Positions 1-11,172 of a stretch of DNA of 64,000 bases are shown here, in pieces. Every line of letters begins with the position of its first letter. Positions within the stretch are counted from its first letter, which is position 1. The translations under genes were made by a program, and so were the position numbers. The notes beneath the pieces are model-generated. The model searched no databases. It saw nothing but the letters and a program-made list of their open reading frames with translations, and was not told the DNA's origin. The stretch is from NCBI GenBank assembly GCA_045106635.1, contig JBGCEX010000022.1, forward strand, positions 5,052 to 69,051, written 5' to 3'. Origin of the DNA: Rickettsiaceae bacterium (GTDB lineage Bacteria > Pseudomonadota > Alphaproteobacteria > Rickettsiales > Rickettsiaceae).

Positions 1-150
1 CTCTTGATAGTTTAAAATATTTTTGCTTGTTTTGATAATATCTACTTTGCCAAAAGCGGATGCACTATGCAATCTTGATGATTTATCAACTATTTTCCTT
101 TCAATCAACCACTTACCTTGTAGATATTCAAAAAATATTTGTTCATTCAT
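1..150 (-). CDS. hypothetical protein, 5' part only (gene runs off the left edge)
   Basis: Minus-strand ATG at 148-150, then 50 open codons to position 1 (MNEQIFFEYLQGKWLIERKIVDKSSRLHSASAFGKVDIIKTSKNILNYQE). Divergent from tyrS. No family recognised. Confidence 0.4.
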   Translation of the reverse strand, partial: MNEQIFFEYLQGKWLIERKIVDKSSRLHSASAFGKVDIIKTSKNILNYQE

Positions 151-237
151 AATATGGTTTGTTCTTAAAGAAACTCTGCTTTATAATCTAAAAAAATACA
201 TAAATAAAAAACTAATTCATCAAAAAAACAACAAAAT

Positions 238-1470
238 ATGACATTCATAGAAGAATTTAAAAAAAATGGTTATTTTTATCAATGTACCCACATTGAAGAA
301 CTAGAAAAGAAAATGGCTCAAGAAAAAATAGTAGCTTACATAGGGTTCGACTGCACTGCTGAATCTTTACATGTAGGGAATCTAATGCAAATTATGATAC
401 TTCGTCTTTTACAAAATCATAGCCACAAACCTATTATTTTAGTTGGTGGAGGAACTACAAAGATTGGAGATCCAACTGGCAAAGAAGAAGCAAGAAAATA
501 TCTAACTGATGCAGATATTTCTAGAAATATGATTGGAATTAAGAAATCTTTATCTAAATTCATTAAATTTGGTAATGGCGCGAGTGATGCCATCATGCTA
601 AATAACGCTGATTGGCTCGATCAAATTAGTTACATTGAATTTTTACGTGAATATGGAAGAAATTTCTCGATAAATCGTATGTTAACAATGGATTCAGTTA
701 AAACTAGACTTGAACGCGAACAATCTCTGACTTTTCTAGAATTTAATTATATGCTCTTACAAGCATATGATTTCTATCATCTTAATAAAACTCAGAATTG
801 TTCATTACAACTAGGAGGTAGCGATCAGTGGGGTAATATTGTTACTGGAGTCGATTTAATCAGAAAAATGAGTAAAAACGAATCTTTTGGACTAACCACT
901 CCCCTACTGACTACTTCTTCAGGAGCAAAAATGGGGAAATCTGTCAGCGGAGCTATCTGGATAAACGAGGAATTCTTATCTCCTTATGATTATTATCAAT
1001 ATTGGCGTAATACAGAAGATGCAGATGTCAGCAAATTTGCGAAATTATATTGTGAATTTTCTAATAACGAAGAAAGAGAATTTGAGTCTTTAGTTAATAA
1101 AAACATTAACGAGGCAAAGAAAAAACTAGCTTACAAAGTTACGGAGCTTTGTCATGGCCAAGAAAAAGCTCAAGAAGCTATGGAAACTGCAATTAAATTA
1201 TTTGAAAAAGGGATGATCAGTGATAATTTACCATCAGTACAAATAGATAAAGAAATTTTATCCAAAGGAATCATGTGTATTGACTTATTATGTCACGCAG
1301 GAATTACTACTTCTAAAGGAGAAAGCAGAAGGTTGATAAGAGGTATGGGAGTGAAAATTAATGATATTTTGGTCAAAGATGAAAATTTAATGGTCAATGT
1401 AAGCCATCTAAAGAACCAAGTGATAAAACTATCTTCAGGAAAAAAGAAACATATTTTAGTTAAGTTATAG
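238..1470 (+). CDS. tyrS: tyrosine--tRNA ligase
   Basis: 410 aa with a class I HIGH-type motif (ESLHVGN), a KMSKS-type motif (KMGKS) and a C-terminal S4-like domain. Full-length TyrS architecture. Confidence 0.95.
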   Translation: MTFIEEFKKNGYFYQCTHIEELEKKMAQEKIVAYIGFDCTAESLHVGNLMQIMILRLLQNHSHKPIILVGGGTTKIGDPTGKEEARKYLTDADISRNMIGIKKSLSKFIKFGNGASDAIMLNNADWLDQISYIEFLREYGRNFSINRMLTMDSVKTRLEREQSLTFLEFNYMLLQAYDFYHLNKTQNCSLQLGGSDQWGNIVTGVDLIRKMSKNESFGLTTPLLTTSSGAKMGKSVSGAIWINEEFLSPYDYYQYWRNTEDADVSKFAKLYCEFSNNEEREFESLVNKNINEAKKKLAYKVTELCHGQEKAQEAMETAIKLFEKGMISDNLPSVQIDKEILSKGIMCIDLLCHAGITTSKGESRRLIRGMGVKINDILVKDENLMVNVSHLKNQVIKLSSGKKKHILVKL

Positions 1471-1563
1471 CCTTAGCAAAATCCAACCTAATTTACTATG
1501 AATATTGCACAACACCTTGTAGAGCTACATATAGTAATTTTTTATTGTAGTTGACCATTACTC

Positions 1564-1986
1564 TTAGGTCAATCCGTATACCTCATATCTCTGAGGAAGT
1601 AATTCATTGAATACAACAAAGAAAAATATGGTTCCAATATATGCTGAGATTCCAACTATCCAATTAAGAACTGAATAGCCAATACGTAATTTTGCAATAT
1701 CTCCAAGTCTTTCCTTAACAATAAAGATAGACTCTTTGCCAGCACCTATTAAACTTTTACCACTAACTAAACTAGGGAGGATTCCTATAGTTCCTAATTT
1801 CCAGGCATAATATAATGTCTCACTTAATATTTTTTGACTCATTGTTTGTCGATTATTTTTCTTTGGTAAACGTTCTAGTATTTGCATTACAACAGAAAAT
1901 ATACCTAAGGGAAATGCTACAACTCCAATACATATAAATGACCATACAAATAATATCAAATTTACTATTGATCCATTTTTAGACAT
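1564..1986 (-). CDS. hypothetical integral membrane protein (possibly the 3' remnant of a larger decayed gene)
   Basis: 140-aa ORF with several hydrophobic segments. About 420 bp of ORF-poor sequence lies upstream on the same strand. Confidence 0.45.
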   Translation of the reverse strand: MSKNGSIVNLILFVWSFICIGVVAFPLGIFSVVMQILERLPKKNNRQTMSQKILSETLYYAWKLGTIGILPSLVSGKSLIGAGKESIFIVKERLGDIAKLRIGYSVLNWIVGISAYIGTIFFFVVFNELLPQRYEVYGLT

Positions 1987-2405
1987 GTTGCTATGGTAGA
2001 CGACTTACCTTGCTTATGTAAGAGCTGCACTGTTCCCATGCAGGTGATCCATCCATCTATCCAAGTGAATATCCATAGTGACCAAGCATTATGTAGAACT
2101 ATTGTCAGAATTTTCAGCACTTTTCCAAACCTTCTCTGGTATCCAATCTAATATTTGAATCCAAAGATAATAACCTACGGCTATAGAAACCCACTAAAGT
2201 AGAGCAAAGACTACTATTTCTTTTTCGCAAAAGATTATTTGGCACCATCTAACAACTTATCAAAGAATATTTTTAAAGATTCTTTTTTTGTTGGCTTTGC
2301 AGAGATTCCCTGTATAGCACTTATTTCTTTTTTTACAAATTCAAGTTTCTTCATTTCTTTTTCAGCACAGTACTTATATTCTTCCTTGCATGAATAATCA
2401 AATAC

Positions 2406-2762
2406 TCATTTAATCCATAGAGTCAATGGATTTGGGTGGGGTGAATTATGAAATAAAAACTGCAGTGCAAACACGCCTCTCATAACTGACCAGACTAAAA
2501 CTATTACGTACAATATTGGAGCTAAAAATATTAAACTTATCGTCACTGATAACATAAAACCTATTATGAAAATAAAAAAAGTTTTAAATGCAAATAAATA
2601 ATGCGTTCGCAATAGTTTATTACCATGTGATTTATTAGCGTAAGCAAAAGCTCCACCCACAAGACATAGTATTGGAAACACTAAACTACCTAGAAAAAGA
2701 ATATAAATTAAAATTATATTCTTTTTCCCCGGTTCTAAATACTCCCTAATTTCTTCACTCAT
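2406..2762 (-). CDS. small multi-pass membrane protein (DUF4870-like)
   Basis: 118 aa with three long hydrophobic helices. The family call is by resemblance only. Confidence 0.5.
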   Translation of the reverse strand: MSEEIREYLEPGKKNIILIYILFLGSLVFPILCLVGGAFAYANKSHGNKLLRTHYLFAFKTFFIFIIGFMLSVTISLIFLAPILYVIVLVWSVMRGVFALQFLFHNSPHPNPLTLWIK

Positions 2763-2784
2763 TGATATTTTATATAAAAATCTA

Positions 2785-5451
2785 TTAACTACTTGCCAAA
2801 TTTTTTAACACTGCACCAAGAATGCTACCATGTTTTATATACTCAATTTCATTATCAGTATAAACTTGCATAATAACATCAATCGTTTCGTCCTTAGCAT
2901 CACTACGTTTTATTAAACATTTTAAAGGTTGGTAAGGTTTAATATCATTAGTTATACCCAGAATACTAATTTCTTCATCACCTTTTAAGTTTAAATCCAC
3001 CCATTTTTGACCATCCTTAAACGAAACTGGCAATACACCCATCCCTACTAAGTTTGATCGATGAATTCTTTCAAAACTCTCAGCTACGACAGCTTTAACA
3101 CCGAGTAAACTCGTCCCTTTTGCTGCCCAATCTCTAGATGAACCAGTACCATATTCTTTACCAGCAAAAATTACTAGAGGCACTAATTGATTTTTATATT
3201 CCATAGCTGCATCATAAATACTCATTTGCTCACCGTTAAGATGATTAATAGTAAACCCTCCTTCTACGCCATTACACAAATGATTCTTGATGCGAATATT
3301 AGCAAAAGTTCCTCTCATCATAATTTCATGATTACCTCTTCTTGCTCCATAAGAATTAAAACCGGCTGGAGCAATTCCTTTATCCATCAAAAATTTTGCT
3401 GCTGGACTGGTTTTGCTTATTGAACCTGCAGGAGAAATATGATCTGTGGTAATTGAATCACCAAATAACGCAAGTATCTTGGCATTGTTAATATTATTCA
3501 ACTCTTTCGCTGGTTTATCAATATTTTCAAAATATGGTGGATTTTTAATATAAGTACTAGCATCACTCCAATCATAAGTATCTGTTTCTTTTACAATTAT
3601 ATTTTGCCAGTTTTTATCACCTGTAAATACGTCACTATATTTACTCTTAAACATAGCTGGTGTTATACAAGAATCAATGCATGACTTAATCTCTGAATTA
3701 CTTGGCCAAATATCTTTTAAATAGACTGGATTACCATTTTTATCATTACCGAGTGAATCTTTATCAAGATCAATATTCACTGTTCCTGCAATAGCATATG
3801 CCACAACGAGTGGCGGTGATGCAAGATAGTTGGCTCGCACAAGTGGATGAATTCTGCCCTCAAAATTTCTATTTCCAGATAAGATGGATGCAACAGTAAG
3901 GTGATTATCCGTGATTGTTTTCTCAATTTCTGACTTCAATGGACCTGAGTTACCTATACAAGTAGTGCACCCATAACCCACAAGATTAAATCCCATAGAA
4001 TTTAGATGCTTATCTAATCCACTTTTTTGCAAATATTCAGTAACTACTTGAGAACCAGGTGCAAGAGAAGTCTTAACCCAAGGCTGCGATTTTAGCCCTA
4101 ATTTAGAAGCTTTTTCAGCAACTAAACCAGCAGCAACCATAACAGAAGGATTAGAAGTATTTGTACAGCTCGTAATAGCAGCAATTACAACATCACCATG
4201 TCCTAATTTATAATTGGCTAAATCAACATTAAATTTATTGTCAATGGAAGCTCCCTCCCCTGCAAGAGCTGGCAAAGTTTCTTTAAAGCTAGTCTTCATT
4301 TTACTTAAAGCCACCCGATCCTGAGGTCTCTTTGGCCATGCAAGAGAAGGTTCAAGTTTTGATAAATCCAGTTCAAGAACTTCCGTATAAATTGGATCAT
4401 TAGAATTTCTCCAAAAAGCTTGATTCTGCGCGTATTCTTTTACTATATTAACTCTATGCAAATCTCTACCGCTAAATTCTAAATAACGAATTGTTTCACC
4501 ATCTATTGGAAAGAAGCCACAAGTTGCACCATATTCTGGCGCCATGTTAGATACGGTAGCTTTATCAGCCAAAGATAAATTATCAAGACCAGAACCAAAA
4601 AATTCAACAAACTTACCAACCACTCCTTTCTTTCTTAACATTTCTGTGACCGTTAGAACAAGATCTGTTGCAGTAATGTTACCTTTCAATGAACCTGTTA
4701 TCTTAAACCCTATAACTTCAGGTAATATCATAGGTAATGGTTGTCCAAGCATTGCTGCTTCAGCTTCAATACCCCCTACCCCCCAACCAAGCACTGATAG
4801 GGCATTGATCATAGTAGTATGGCTATCAGTTCCGACTAATGTATCTGGATATAATAAATCTCCGCCTTGCTCGTTATTCATCCACACAGTTTGCGCTAAA
4901 TATTCTAAATTCACCTGATGACAAATACCAGTTCCTGGTGGCACAACCCTAAAATTACCAAAGCTTTTTTGTCCCCATTTTAAAAATTGGTATCTTTCTA
5001 AATTTCGTTCCACTTCTTTTTCAACATTTTGAGCGAAGGAAGTTGCCGATCCGTAAGAATCGACTTGAACCGAATGATCAATAACTAAATCTACTGGAAT
5101 TAACGGATTAATTTTATGGGGAGTTGTGCCAAGTACTTTAATTGCGTCTCTCATAGAGGCAAGATCTACTATAGCTGGAACACCAGTAAAATCTTGCATT
5201 AAAACTCTAGCAGGATAAAAATCAATTTCTGATGAAGAAGTCTTCTTATCTAACCATTCTTTAAAAGCAAGAAGATCTTCTGTACTTGCACCATTTCTTA
5301 AAGAGTTTTCAAAAAGAACCCTCAAAGAAAAAGGTAATTTTTCAATATCAAAATTAAGATCTTTTGCAGCCTGTTTTATATCAAAAACCCAATATTTTTT
5401 ATTATCAAATTCTACTGATTTTTTGTATTGCTGATTCTTTTCTTTGGACAT
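2785..5451 (-). CDS. acnA: aconitate hydratase
   Basis: 888 aa with Fe-S ligand regions ITSCTNTSNP and CTTCIGNSG. Full-length aconitase A/IRP-type layout. Confidence 0.95.
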   Translation of the reverse strand: MSKEKNQQYKKSVEFDNKKYWVFDIKQAAKDLNFDIEKLPFSLRVLFENSLRNGASTEDLLAFKEWLDKKTSSSEIDFYPARVLMQDFTGVPAIVDLASMRDAIKVLGTTPHKINPLIPVDLVIDHSVQVDSYGSATSFAQNVEKEVERNLERYQFLKWGQKSFGNFRVVPPGTGICHQVNLEYLAQTVWMNNEQGGDLLYPDTLVGTDSHTTMINALSVLGWGVGGIEAEAAMLGQPLPMILPEVIGFKITGSLKGNITATDLVLTVTEMLRKKGVVGKFVEFFGSGLDNLSLADKATVSNMAPEYGATCGFFPIDGETIRYLEFSGRDLHRVNIVKEYAQNQAFWRNSNDPIYTEVLELDLSKLEPSLAWPKRPQDRVALSKMKTSFKETLPALAGEGASIDNKFNVDLANYKLGHGDVVIAAITSCTNTSNPSVMVAAGLVAEKASKLGLKSQPWVKTSLAPGSQVVTEYLQKSGLDKHLNSMGFNLVGYGCTTCIGNSGPLKSEIEKTITDNHLTVASILSGNRNFEGRIHPLVRANYLASPPLVVAYAIAGTVNIDLDKDSLGNDKNGNPVYLKDIWPSNSEIKSCIDSCITPAMFKSKYSDVFTGDKNWQNIIVKETDTYDWSDASTYIKNPPYFENIDKPAKELNNINNAKILALFGDSITTDHISPAGSISKTSPAAKFLMDKGIAPAGFNSYGARRGNHEIMMRGTFANIRIKNHLCNGVEGGFTINHLNGEQMSIYDAAMEYKNQLVPLVIFAGKEYGTGSSRDWAAKGTSLLGVKAVVAESFERIHRSNLVGMGVLPVSFKDGQKWVDLNLKGDEEISILGITNDIKPYQPLKCLIKRSDAKDETIDVIMQVYTDNEIEYIKHGSILGAVLKNLASS

Positions 5452-5604
5452 AACACACTCCCTCTATTTATACAACATACCAAATTATATATATTTATTT
5501 AGCTTGGCATTAAGATAATATATATGGTAATAAAACTATATATTGAGTACAAGTTATTTTACACCACTACTTAAAATAAAATTTATCATTAGTAATTTCT
5601 TAAA

Positions 5605-6210
5605 ATGTTATCTTTCAATTCTGTTTGTATAAACACTTATAATCTCAATTTAATAACAAACTTTTCTGCTACCTTTTTACCTAGTGCAATAGTTTATTTA
5701 AAGGGAGAAAACGGCTCTGGGAAAACATCTTTGCTCCGGAGCATAGCTGGGATACAACAATTATCTCTGGGTAACATTACTTTTGGTAAAAATAATACAC
5801 CTATAGAATATCTTGCAAAACCATATTGCACATATATTGGTCATAAAACTGGTATCAAACCTGAATTAAGCGTAATTGAAAACATAGAGTTCTGGGCAAA
5901 AATCTACGATTCTTTTGAATTACTTTCTGCTGCAATTTTTTATTTTAAACTTGAAAAAATCATTAATACAAAATGCTATGAATTATCGGCTGGCCAAAAA
6001 CAAAAAGTTGCTCTTTCTAGACTGCTTGCATGCTCATCACCCCTTTGGTTGCTAGATGAAGTTGAAAATAATCTCGATGAAGAAGGGAAGCAACTACTAA
6101 ATAGACTAATTATTTCAAAAGCAGATAGTGGTGGTATAATAATAGCCAGCTCTCATAACGCACCTTCAATAAAATCAGCTTTGACTATAAATATTGAGGA
6201 TTATCGATGA
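5605..6210 (+). CDS. ccmA: heme exporter ATP-binding protein CcmA
   Basis: Walker A GENGSGKTS, ABC signature LSAGQKQK, Walker B LWLLDE. ATGA overlap with the next gene. Confidence 0.85.
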   Translation: MLSFNSVCINTYNLNLITNFSATFLPSAIVYLKGENGSGKTSLLRSIAGIQQLSLGNITFGKNNTPIEYLAKPYCTYIGHKTGIKPELSVIENIEFWAKIYDSFELLSAAIFYFKLEKIINTKCYELSAGQKQKVALSRLLACSSPLWLLDEVENNLDEEGKQLLNRLIISKADSGGIIIASSHNAPSIKSALTINIEDYR

Positions 6211-6848
6211 TAAATCTTTTAAAACATGAATTTTTAATTCAAAATAAGATTTACAATCTTGCCAAATACTTTTTTATCTTTTTTGTGTTTTGTCATGGTA
6301 GTATAACAATAATAAGCTCTTATGATAAAATTGCCAATTTTGGCATGATTTTTTCGCTAATTTCTATACCTCTTTCGTTAATTGGTATTAGTGCAAATTT
6401 TCTAAGATCAGAAATTGAAGATGGTTCGTTAGAGATGCTATTGGCATCATTCCCCCCTATTCAAATAATTTTAGCTAAATATCTTAGTTTATTTATTTGC
6501 GGAACGATAGCTTTCATAGCTAATGCACCTATCTCATATTTACTATTCAACATGAACATAACTCAGCTAAGTTTAATAATTATTGCTGGGTTATTCCTAA
6601 TGTCAACAAGTTGTGGAGTAATAGTTTTAATATCATCAGTACAATGTTATTTCCGTTCTAATACTAATTTTCTCTCAAGTTTGCTTATGCCTTTGATCAT
6701 TCCAACTATTATACTTTCTGGTATGCTAATAGAAAATAATGACAATTATTACTCTATTATCTTAATTTTAGTAGGAATAAAATGCATTATCGTTCCAACT
6801 GCTATTTATTTATCAAGCTACTTAATTGAAAATATTTACAACATATAA
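6207..6848 (+). CDS. ccmB: heme exporter membrane protein CcmB
   Basis: 213-aa polytopic membrane protein translationally coupled to ccmA. Confidence 0.8.
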   Translation: MINLLKHEFLIQNKIYNLAKYFFIFFVFCHGSITIISSYDKIANFGMIFSLISIPLSLIGISANFLRSEIEDGSLEMLLASFPPIQIILAKYLSLFICGTIAFIANAPISYLLFNMNITQLSLIIIAGLFLMSTSCGVIVLISSVQCYFRSNTNFLSSLLMPLIIPTIILSGMLIENNDNYYSIILILVGIKCIIVPTAIYLSSYLIENIYNI

Positions 6849-6978
6849 ACATAATAATATTTAGCAATTATAGAAAATATCTTTTCTTATACTACCAATT
6901 CAGTTTAAACTTAAAGACGAATCAATTAAGTAGTTAATTAACTTTAAAGATTTATTATATAACATAATGATATAAGTG

Positions 6979-7360
6979 ATGTTTGGATCATTTTTAGGAA
7001 AGTTTAGAGTTCTTGCCAAGAGCCCCATGACTATTTTCGTCTACGGCATCTTAAGTAAATGGTTTATCACTATCTTTGTTGCAGCACTTGTTGTTGCATA
7101 TTGGGTATTCAAAGGCCTTAGCGACGCAGGAATACTACAGGCAGCTGAAGATGTAGTGTTTGATGCATTAACCCAAACAAAATTCAGTAGCTCAATACTG
7201 CATTCCAAAAATCGCTCATTTTGGAAATTTCTGGGATTGCTTGCAAGATCCACCAACTTATACTCCAAGTGATGAGGAAGCAAGTTTACAAGAAGGCATG
7301 AAAAAAATTATGGATTCTATGAATTCTAACCAGCCAAAAGATCCTTATAGAGTTGATTAA
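6979..7360 (+). pseudogene. small membrane protein with a broken reading frame (shift near 7172-7185)
   Basis: Track ORF 6976..7272 has a plausible N-terminus (MFGSFLGKFRVLAKSPMTIFVYGILSKWFITIFVAALVVAYWVFKGLSDAGILQAAEDVVFDALTQTK). It then turns into junk, while the +1 frame stays open from 7172 to the TAA at 7358-7360 and reads protein-like (NSVAQYCIPKIAHFGNFWDCLQDPPTYTPSDEEASLQEGMKKIMDSMNSNQPKDPYRVD). Confidence 0.55.
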
Positions 7361-7432
7361 TTAAACAAATTTTTGTTTAATTTGTTGCTATAAGAACTTA
7401 CATTTGTATAATATCATAGATATTATTAACAT

Positions 7433-7990
7433 ATGATTGGAGACAAAAAAACTATGTCAGATGATGCTTCCTCAGAAAGTCCAAATAAAACCACAAGAAG
7501 AGACTTTGTTACACTAACTGCAAGTAGCGTAGCAGTCGTAGGGGCTGCTTGTAGCGCATGGCCTCTTATTGATTCCATGAATCCATCAGCTGACGTACTA
7601 GCACTCTCTTCAATTGAAGTAGATATTTCATCTGTAGAACCTGGTCAGACTATAACTGTTAAATGGCGTGGGAAACCAGTCTTTATTAGAAACAGAACAG
7701 ATGAGGAAATCAAGGAAGCAAAAGACACTCCTATGTCAGCATTAATTGATCCGCAGAAAGATCAAGATCGCGTTAAACCAGGTCATGATAAATGGCTTAT
7801 CACCATTGGCATCTGCACTCATCTTGGTTGCGTTCCTCTTGCAAACAAAGGAGATTACCATGGTTGGTTCTGCCCTTGCCATGGATCTCATTATGATACA
7901 TCAGGCAGAATTAGAAAAGGCCCAGCGCCATTAAATCTTGCTATTCCTCCTTATGAATTTATTTCAGACACCAAAGTTAAAATTGGATAA
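7433..7990 (+). CDS. petA: ubiquinol-cytochrome c reductase Rieske iron-sulfur subunit
   Basis: Tat motif TRRDFV; Rieske boxes CTHLGC and CPCHGS. The true start is probably the ATG at 7454 (MSDDASS). Closely resembles my recollection of Rickettsia PetA. Confidence 0.95.
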   Translation: MIGDKKTMSDDASSESPNKTTRRDFVTLTASSVAVVGAACSAWPLIDSMNPSADVLALSSIEVDISSVEPGQTITVKWRGKPVFIRNRTDEEIKEAKDTPMSALIDPQKDQDRVKPGHDKWLITIGICTHLGCVPLANKGDYHGWFCPCHGSHYDTSGRIRKGPAPLNLAIPPYEFISDTKVKIG

Positions 7991-7992
7991 TT

Positions 7993-9198
7993 ATGAAAAA
8001 AGACGATGTTAGCGATCAGAAAAAATTTACTGGCATAATTGGTTGGATAGATTACAGACTACCTATTTTTTCCTTCATATCTCACTTTGGTGTTTACAAG
8101 ACTCCAAAAAATCTAAGTTATATGTGGAGCTTAGGTTCAATTGCTGGACTTGCACTTGTAATCCAAATAATAACAGGCTTATTTTTATCTATGCACTACA
8201 CCCCTCACGTCGATCATGCATTCGATAGTGTAGAAAAAATTATGCGCAACGTTAATTATGGGTGGCTTATTAGATATATGCATGCTGTTGGAGCATCGAT
8301 GTTTTTTGTTGCCGTTTATCTACATATATTCCGTGGCTTATATTATGGCTCTTACAAAACTCCAAGAGAGTTATTATGGCAAATAGGTTTGATTATTTTC
8401 TTAACAATGATGGCCACAGCTTTTATGGGGTATGTTTTGCCTTGGGGACAAATGAGTTACTGGGGAGCAACTGTTATCACGAATTTATTTTCTGCTATTC
8501 CAATTGTTGGCGAAAGCATCGTGACATGGTTATGGGGCGGTTTTTCCGTTGCCAACCCGACCCTAAACAGATTTTATTCACTACATTTTGTTTTACCTTT
8601 TGTTATTGTTGCTTTAGTAGTGCTTCACGTATGGTCTCTGCATACTCATGGATCTAACAATCCAACTGGGGTAAAATTAAAAGAAAAAGATATGATTCCT
8701 TTTCACCCTTACTACACAATAAAAGACTTTTTTGGTTTTGGAGTTTATTTTCTTATATTTGCTTATTTTATATTTTATAAACCAAATTTACTTGGTCACC
8801 CAGACAACTATATACCAGCTAACCCAATGGTTACACCATCTCATATTGTACCTGAATGGTATTTCTTACCATTTTATGCAATATTAAGAGCTGTTCCATC
8901 AAAACTTGGTGGAGTATTATTGATGTTCGGTAGTATTTTAATTCTATTCATACTTCCATGGTTAGATAGATCACCAGTCAGAAGCTCTACTTACAGACCG
9001 CTTTATAAATGGGCATTTTGGGCATTTGTAATTGATTGCTTAATACTTGGTTATGTTGGTGGCAAACCAGCAGAAGAACCCTACTTAACAGTTAGTAGAA
9101 TTGCAGCTAGTTATTATTTTTTCCATTTCCTTGTTTTAGTGCCGGTTATTGCTAAAGTAGAAAAACCTCTGCGATTACCAAAAGAAGCTGACGAATAG
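7993..9198 (+). CDS. petB: cytochrome b
   Basis: 401 aa, 8-TM cytochrome b with the PEWYFLPFY motif and conserved His contexts. Sits 2 nt after petA. Confidence 0.95.
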   Translation: MKKDDVSDQKKFTGIIGWIDYRLPIFSFISHFGVYKTPKNLSYMWSLGSIAGLALVIQIITGLFLSMHYTPHVDHAFDSVEKIMRNVNYGWLIRYMHAVGASMFFVAVYLHIFRGLYYGSYKTPRELLWQIGLIIFLTMMATAFMGYVLPWGQMSYWGATVITNLFSAIPIVGESIVTWLWGGFSVANPTLNRFYSLHFVLPFVIVALVVLHVWSLHTHGSNNPTGVKLKEKDMIPFHPYYTIKDFFGFGVYFLIFAYFIFYKPNLLGHPDNYIPANPMVTPSHIVPEWYFLPFYAILRAVPSKLGGVLLMFGSILILFILPWLDRSPVRSSTYRPLYKWAFWAFVIDCLILGYVGGKPAEEPYLTVSRIAASYYFFHFLVLVPVIAKVEKPLRLPKEADE

Positions 9199-9238
9199 AA
9201 AAATAATTATATTTAGGAAGATAAAAAACAATAAAATT

Positions 9239-9997
9239 ATGTATAAAAAAATTATTATCGCTATCCTGATAGTATTTAGTAGCTTTAATTCACTTGCAAA
9301 TACTGATAATAAAAAACCATTACAGTTAGTTTGGCCTTTTGAAGGGGCTTTTGGTACCTTTGATAGGCAAGCTGCTCAACGTGGTGCGCAAGTTTATCTT
9401 GAGGTATGTTCAGCTTGTCATGGTAATCATAATTTATACTATAGAAATTTAAAAGATATAGGTTTTTCAGAAGCAGAAATCAAGCAAATCGCCCGAAACT
9501 ACACTGTTAAAGATGGGCCAGATAGAGAAGGAGAAATGTTTGATAGACCAGCATTGCCCTCAGATCGATTCCTTTCACCCTACCCCAATGAAGAAGCAGC
9601 AAGAGCAGCAAATAACGGTGCTTACCCCGTTGATTTATCTCTTATCATTAAAGCAAGAGAAGATGGGGCAAACTATGTTTATTCATTACTATCTGGTTAT
9701 AAAGAACCACCAGAAGATATTACTTTAATGCCAGGATTACATTATAATCCTTATTTTGAAGGTGGTCAGATAGCGATGCCAGCACCACTTACTGAAGATC
9801 AAGTGACATTTTCTGATGGCACACCTGCCACTATTGAGCAAATGGCCAAAGATGTAGTGATTTTTCTGCAATGGGCAGCAGAACCAGAAATGGAACACAG
9901 AAAATCTATGGGCTTAAAAGTTATGATATTTCTAGTATTCTTTACTGTGCTTTTCTATTTTGTTAAAAAAAGAATTTGGAAAAATATACATAAATAA
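9239..9997 (+). CDS. petC: cytochrome c1
   Basis: Signal peptide, heme-binding CSACH and a C-terminal membrane anchor. Completes petABC. Confidence 0.9.
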   Translation: MYKKIIIAILIVFSSFNSLANTDNKKPLQLVWPFEGAFGTFDRQAAQRGAQVYLEVCSACHGNHNLYYRNLKDIGFSEAEIKQIARNYTVKDGPDREGEMFDRPALPSDRFLSPYPNEEAARAANNGAYPVDLSLIIKAREDGANYVYSLLSGYKEPPEDITLMPGLHYNPYFEGGQIAMPAPLTEDQVTFSDGTPATIEQMAKDVVIFLQWAAEPEMEHRKSMGLKVMIFLVFFTVLFYFVKKRIWKNIHK

Positions 9998-10353
9998 TAT
10001 TAAAAATACTTTTTGATAAACAAACTCACGATACAAATCTTATTATGAGAGTTAAGAGATAAAAACTCTTTGAATCAGCTTAGAGGAATCTACTTGCAAA
10101 ACCTCAACATACCTAAGATATGCATGATAATTTTAGAACCAAACAACATAAAATGGTTACAAAAAAGATTCTTACCACCACTCCCATTATTGGAAGCTAT
10201 AACATTTAGTTTCATATTGTGTTCTTAGTCAACAATCAAAGTAGTTTTAAGCGTTGGTAATAAGTATCAACAAAAATTTTAGCTATTTATATACATAATT
10301 ATCTAGATTTAATTATGTTAACTAGTTATCATGTCACTCATTATTAACTCAAC

Positions 10354-11148
10354 TTGACAAGAATTATTGTGACTGAATCAACAAAGAAAGGAAGCGTACG
10401 ATCTGAAATAACATCATTATTATTAATTATTTTACTAGCATTATCGATTAGAACTTTTGTTATAGAATTATTTTTTGTACCAACTCCTTCTATGCAAGCA
10501 ACCATTTTAAAAAACGATTATATTTTTTCAACAAAATATAGTTATGGCTTTAGTAATCATTCTCTTCCTTTTAGCCCTGATCTATTTAAAGGAAGATTCT
10601 TCCCATCTCTGCCAAAAAGAGGTGACATAATAATTATGCGCCCACCACACAATATGAACACTCGTTATATAAAAAGATTAATTGGTCTTCCTGGAGAAAA
10701 AATAGAAATTAAACAAGATATAACATATATCAATGACACTCCAATCGAGCGAATTAAAATTGGTGAATATTTTGATGAAGATAATCAAGAATATGTGAAA
10801 TACAAAGAAACTACACCAAATGGTTTAAGTTTTTATACTTATAAACTCAAACAACTAGATAAAATATCTGAAACTAGCTATAGTGATTTTGGATCATACA
10901 TTATACCAAATGACCATTTTTTCTTTATGGGAGACAATCGTGATCAATCAGGGGATAGTCGATATCAACTTGGATTTGTACCTTTTGAAAACTTAATAGC
11001 CAAAGCACAATTTATTTTCTTATCAACAGAAGAAGTGTTTTGGGATGAAAATCTTGGTGTTTTAGATCAAATTAATCGTTTTTGGACTTGGTTATCCTCT
11101 ATAAGATTTAATAGATTATTTACAAATATGTATGCTATGGACAAATAA
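10354..11148 (+). CDS. lepB: signal peptidase I
   Basis: N-terminal TM, Ser box PTPSMQAT, Lys box YIKRLIGLPGE, GDNRDQSGDSR box. TTG start in the track. Confidence 0.9.
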   Translation: MTRIIVTESTKKGSVRSEITSLLLIILLALSIRTFVIELFFVPTPSMQATILKNDYIFSTKYSYGFSNHSLPFSPDLFKGRFFPSLPKRGDIIIMRPPHNMNTRYIKRLIGLPGEKIEIKQDITYINDTPIERIKIGEYFDEDNQEYVKYKETTPNGLSFYTYKLKQLDKISETSYSDFGSYIIPNDHFFFMGDNRDQSGDSRYQLGFVPFENLIAKAQFIFLSTEEVFWDENLGVLDQINRFWTWLSSIRFNRLFTNMYAMDK

Positions 11149-11172
11149 ATAACAAAATTATATTGGATATTA

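Noticed and set aside
23-241. 72-aa plus-strand track ORF upstream of tyrS
   Set aside because: Low-complexity, Cys/Leu/Ile-rich translation. It overlaps a more plausible minus-strand gene start (1..150) and the tyrS promoter region.
3187-4918. Plus-strand ORFs 3187..3423 and 4544..4918 inside acnA
   Set aside because: They are antisense to a strongly supported 888-aa gene, and their translations are not protein-like. The same reasoning applies to the other embedded antisense track ORFs. Examples: 7746, 8043, 8376, 9513, 12053, 14662, 15300, 16255, 17889, 18034, 20034, 20170, 24709, 26524, 27425, 28726, 29418, 29771, 33303, 44916, 46430, 51526, 51955, 54543, 54947, 56509, 57428, 58541, 61595, 61861, 63373.
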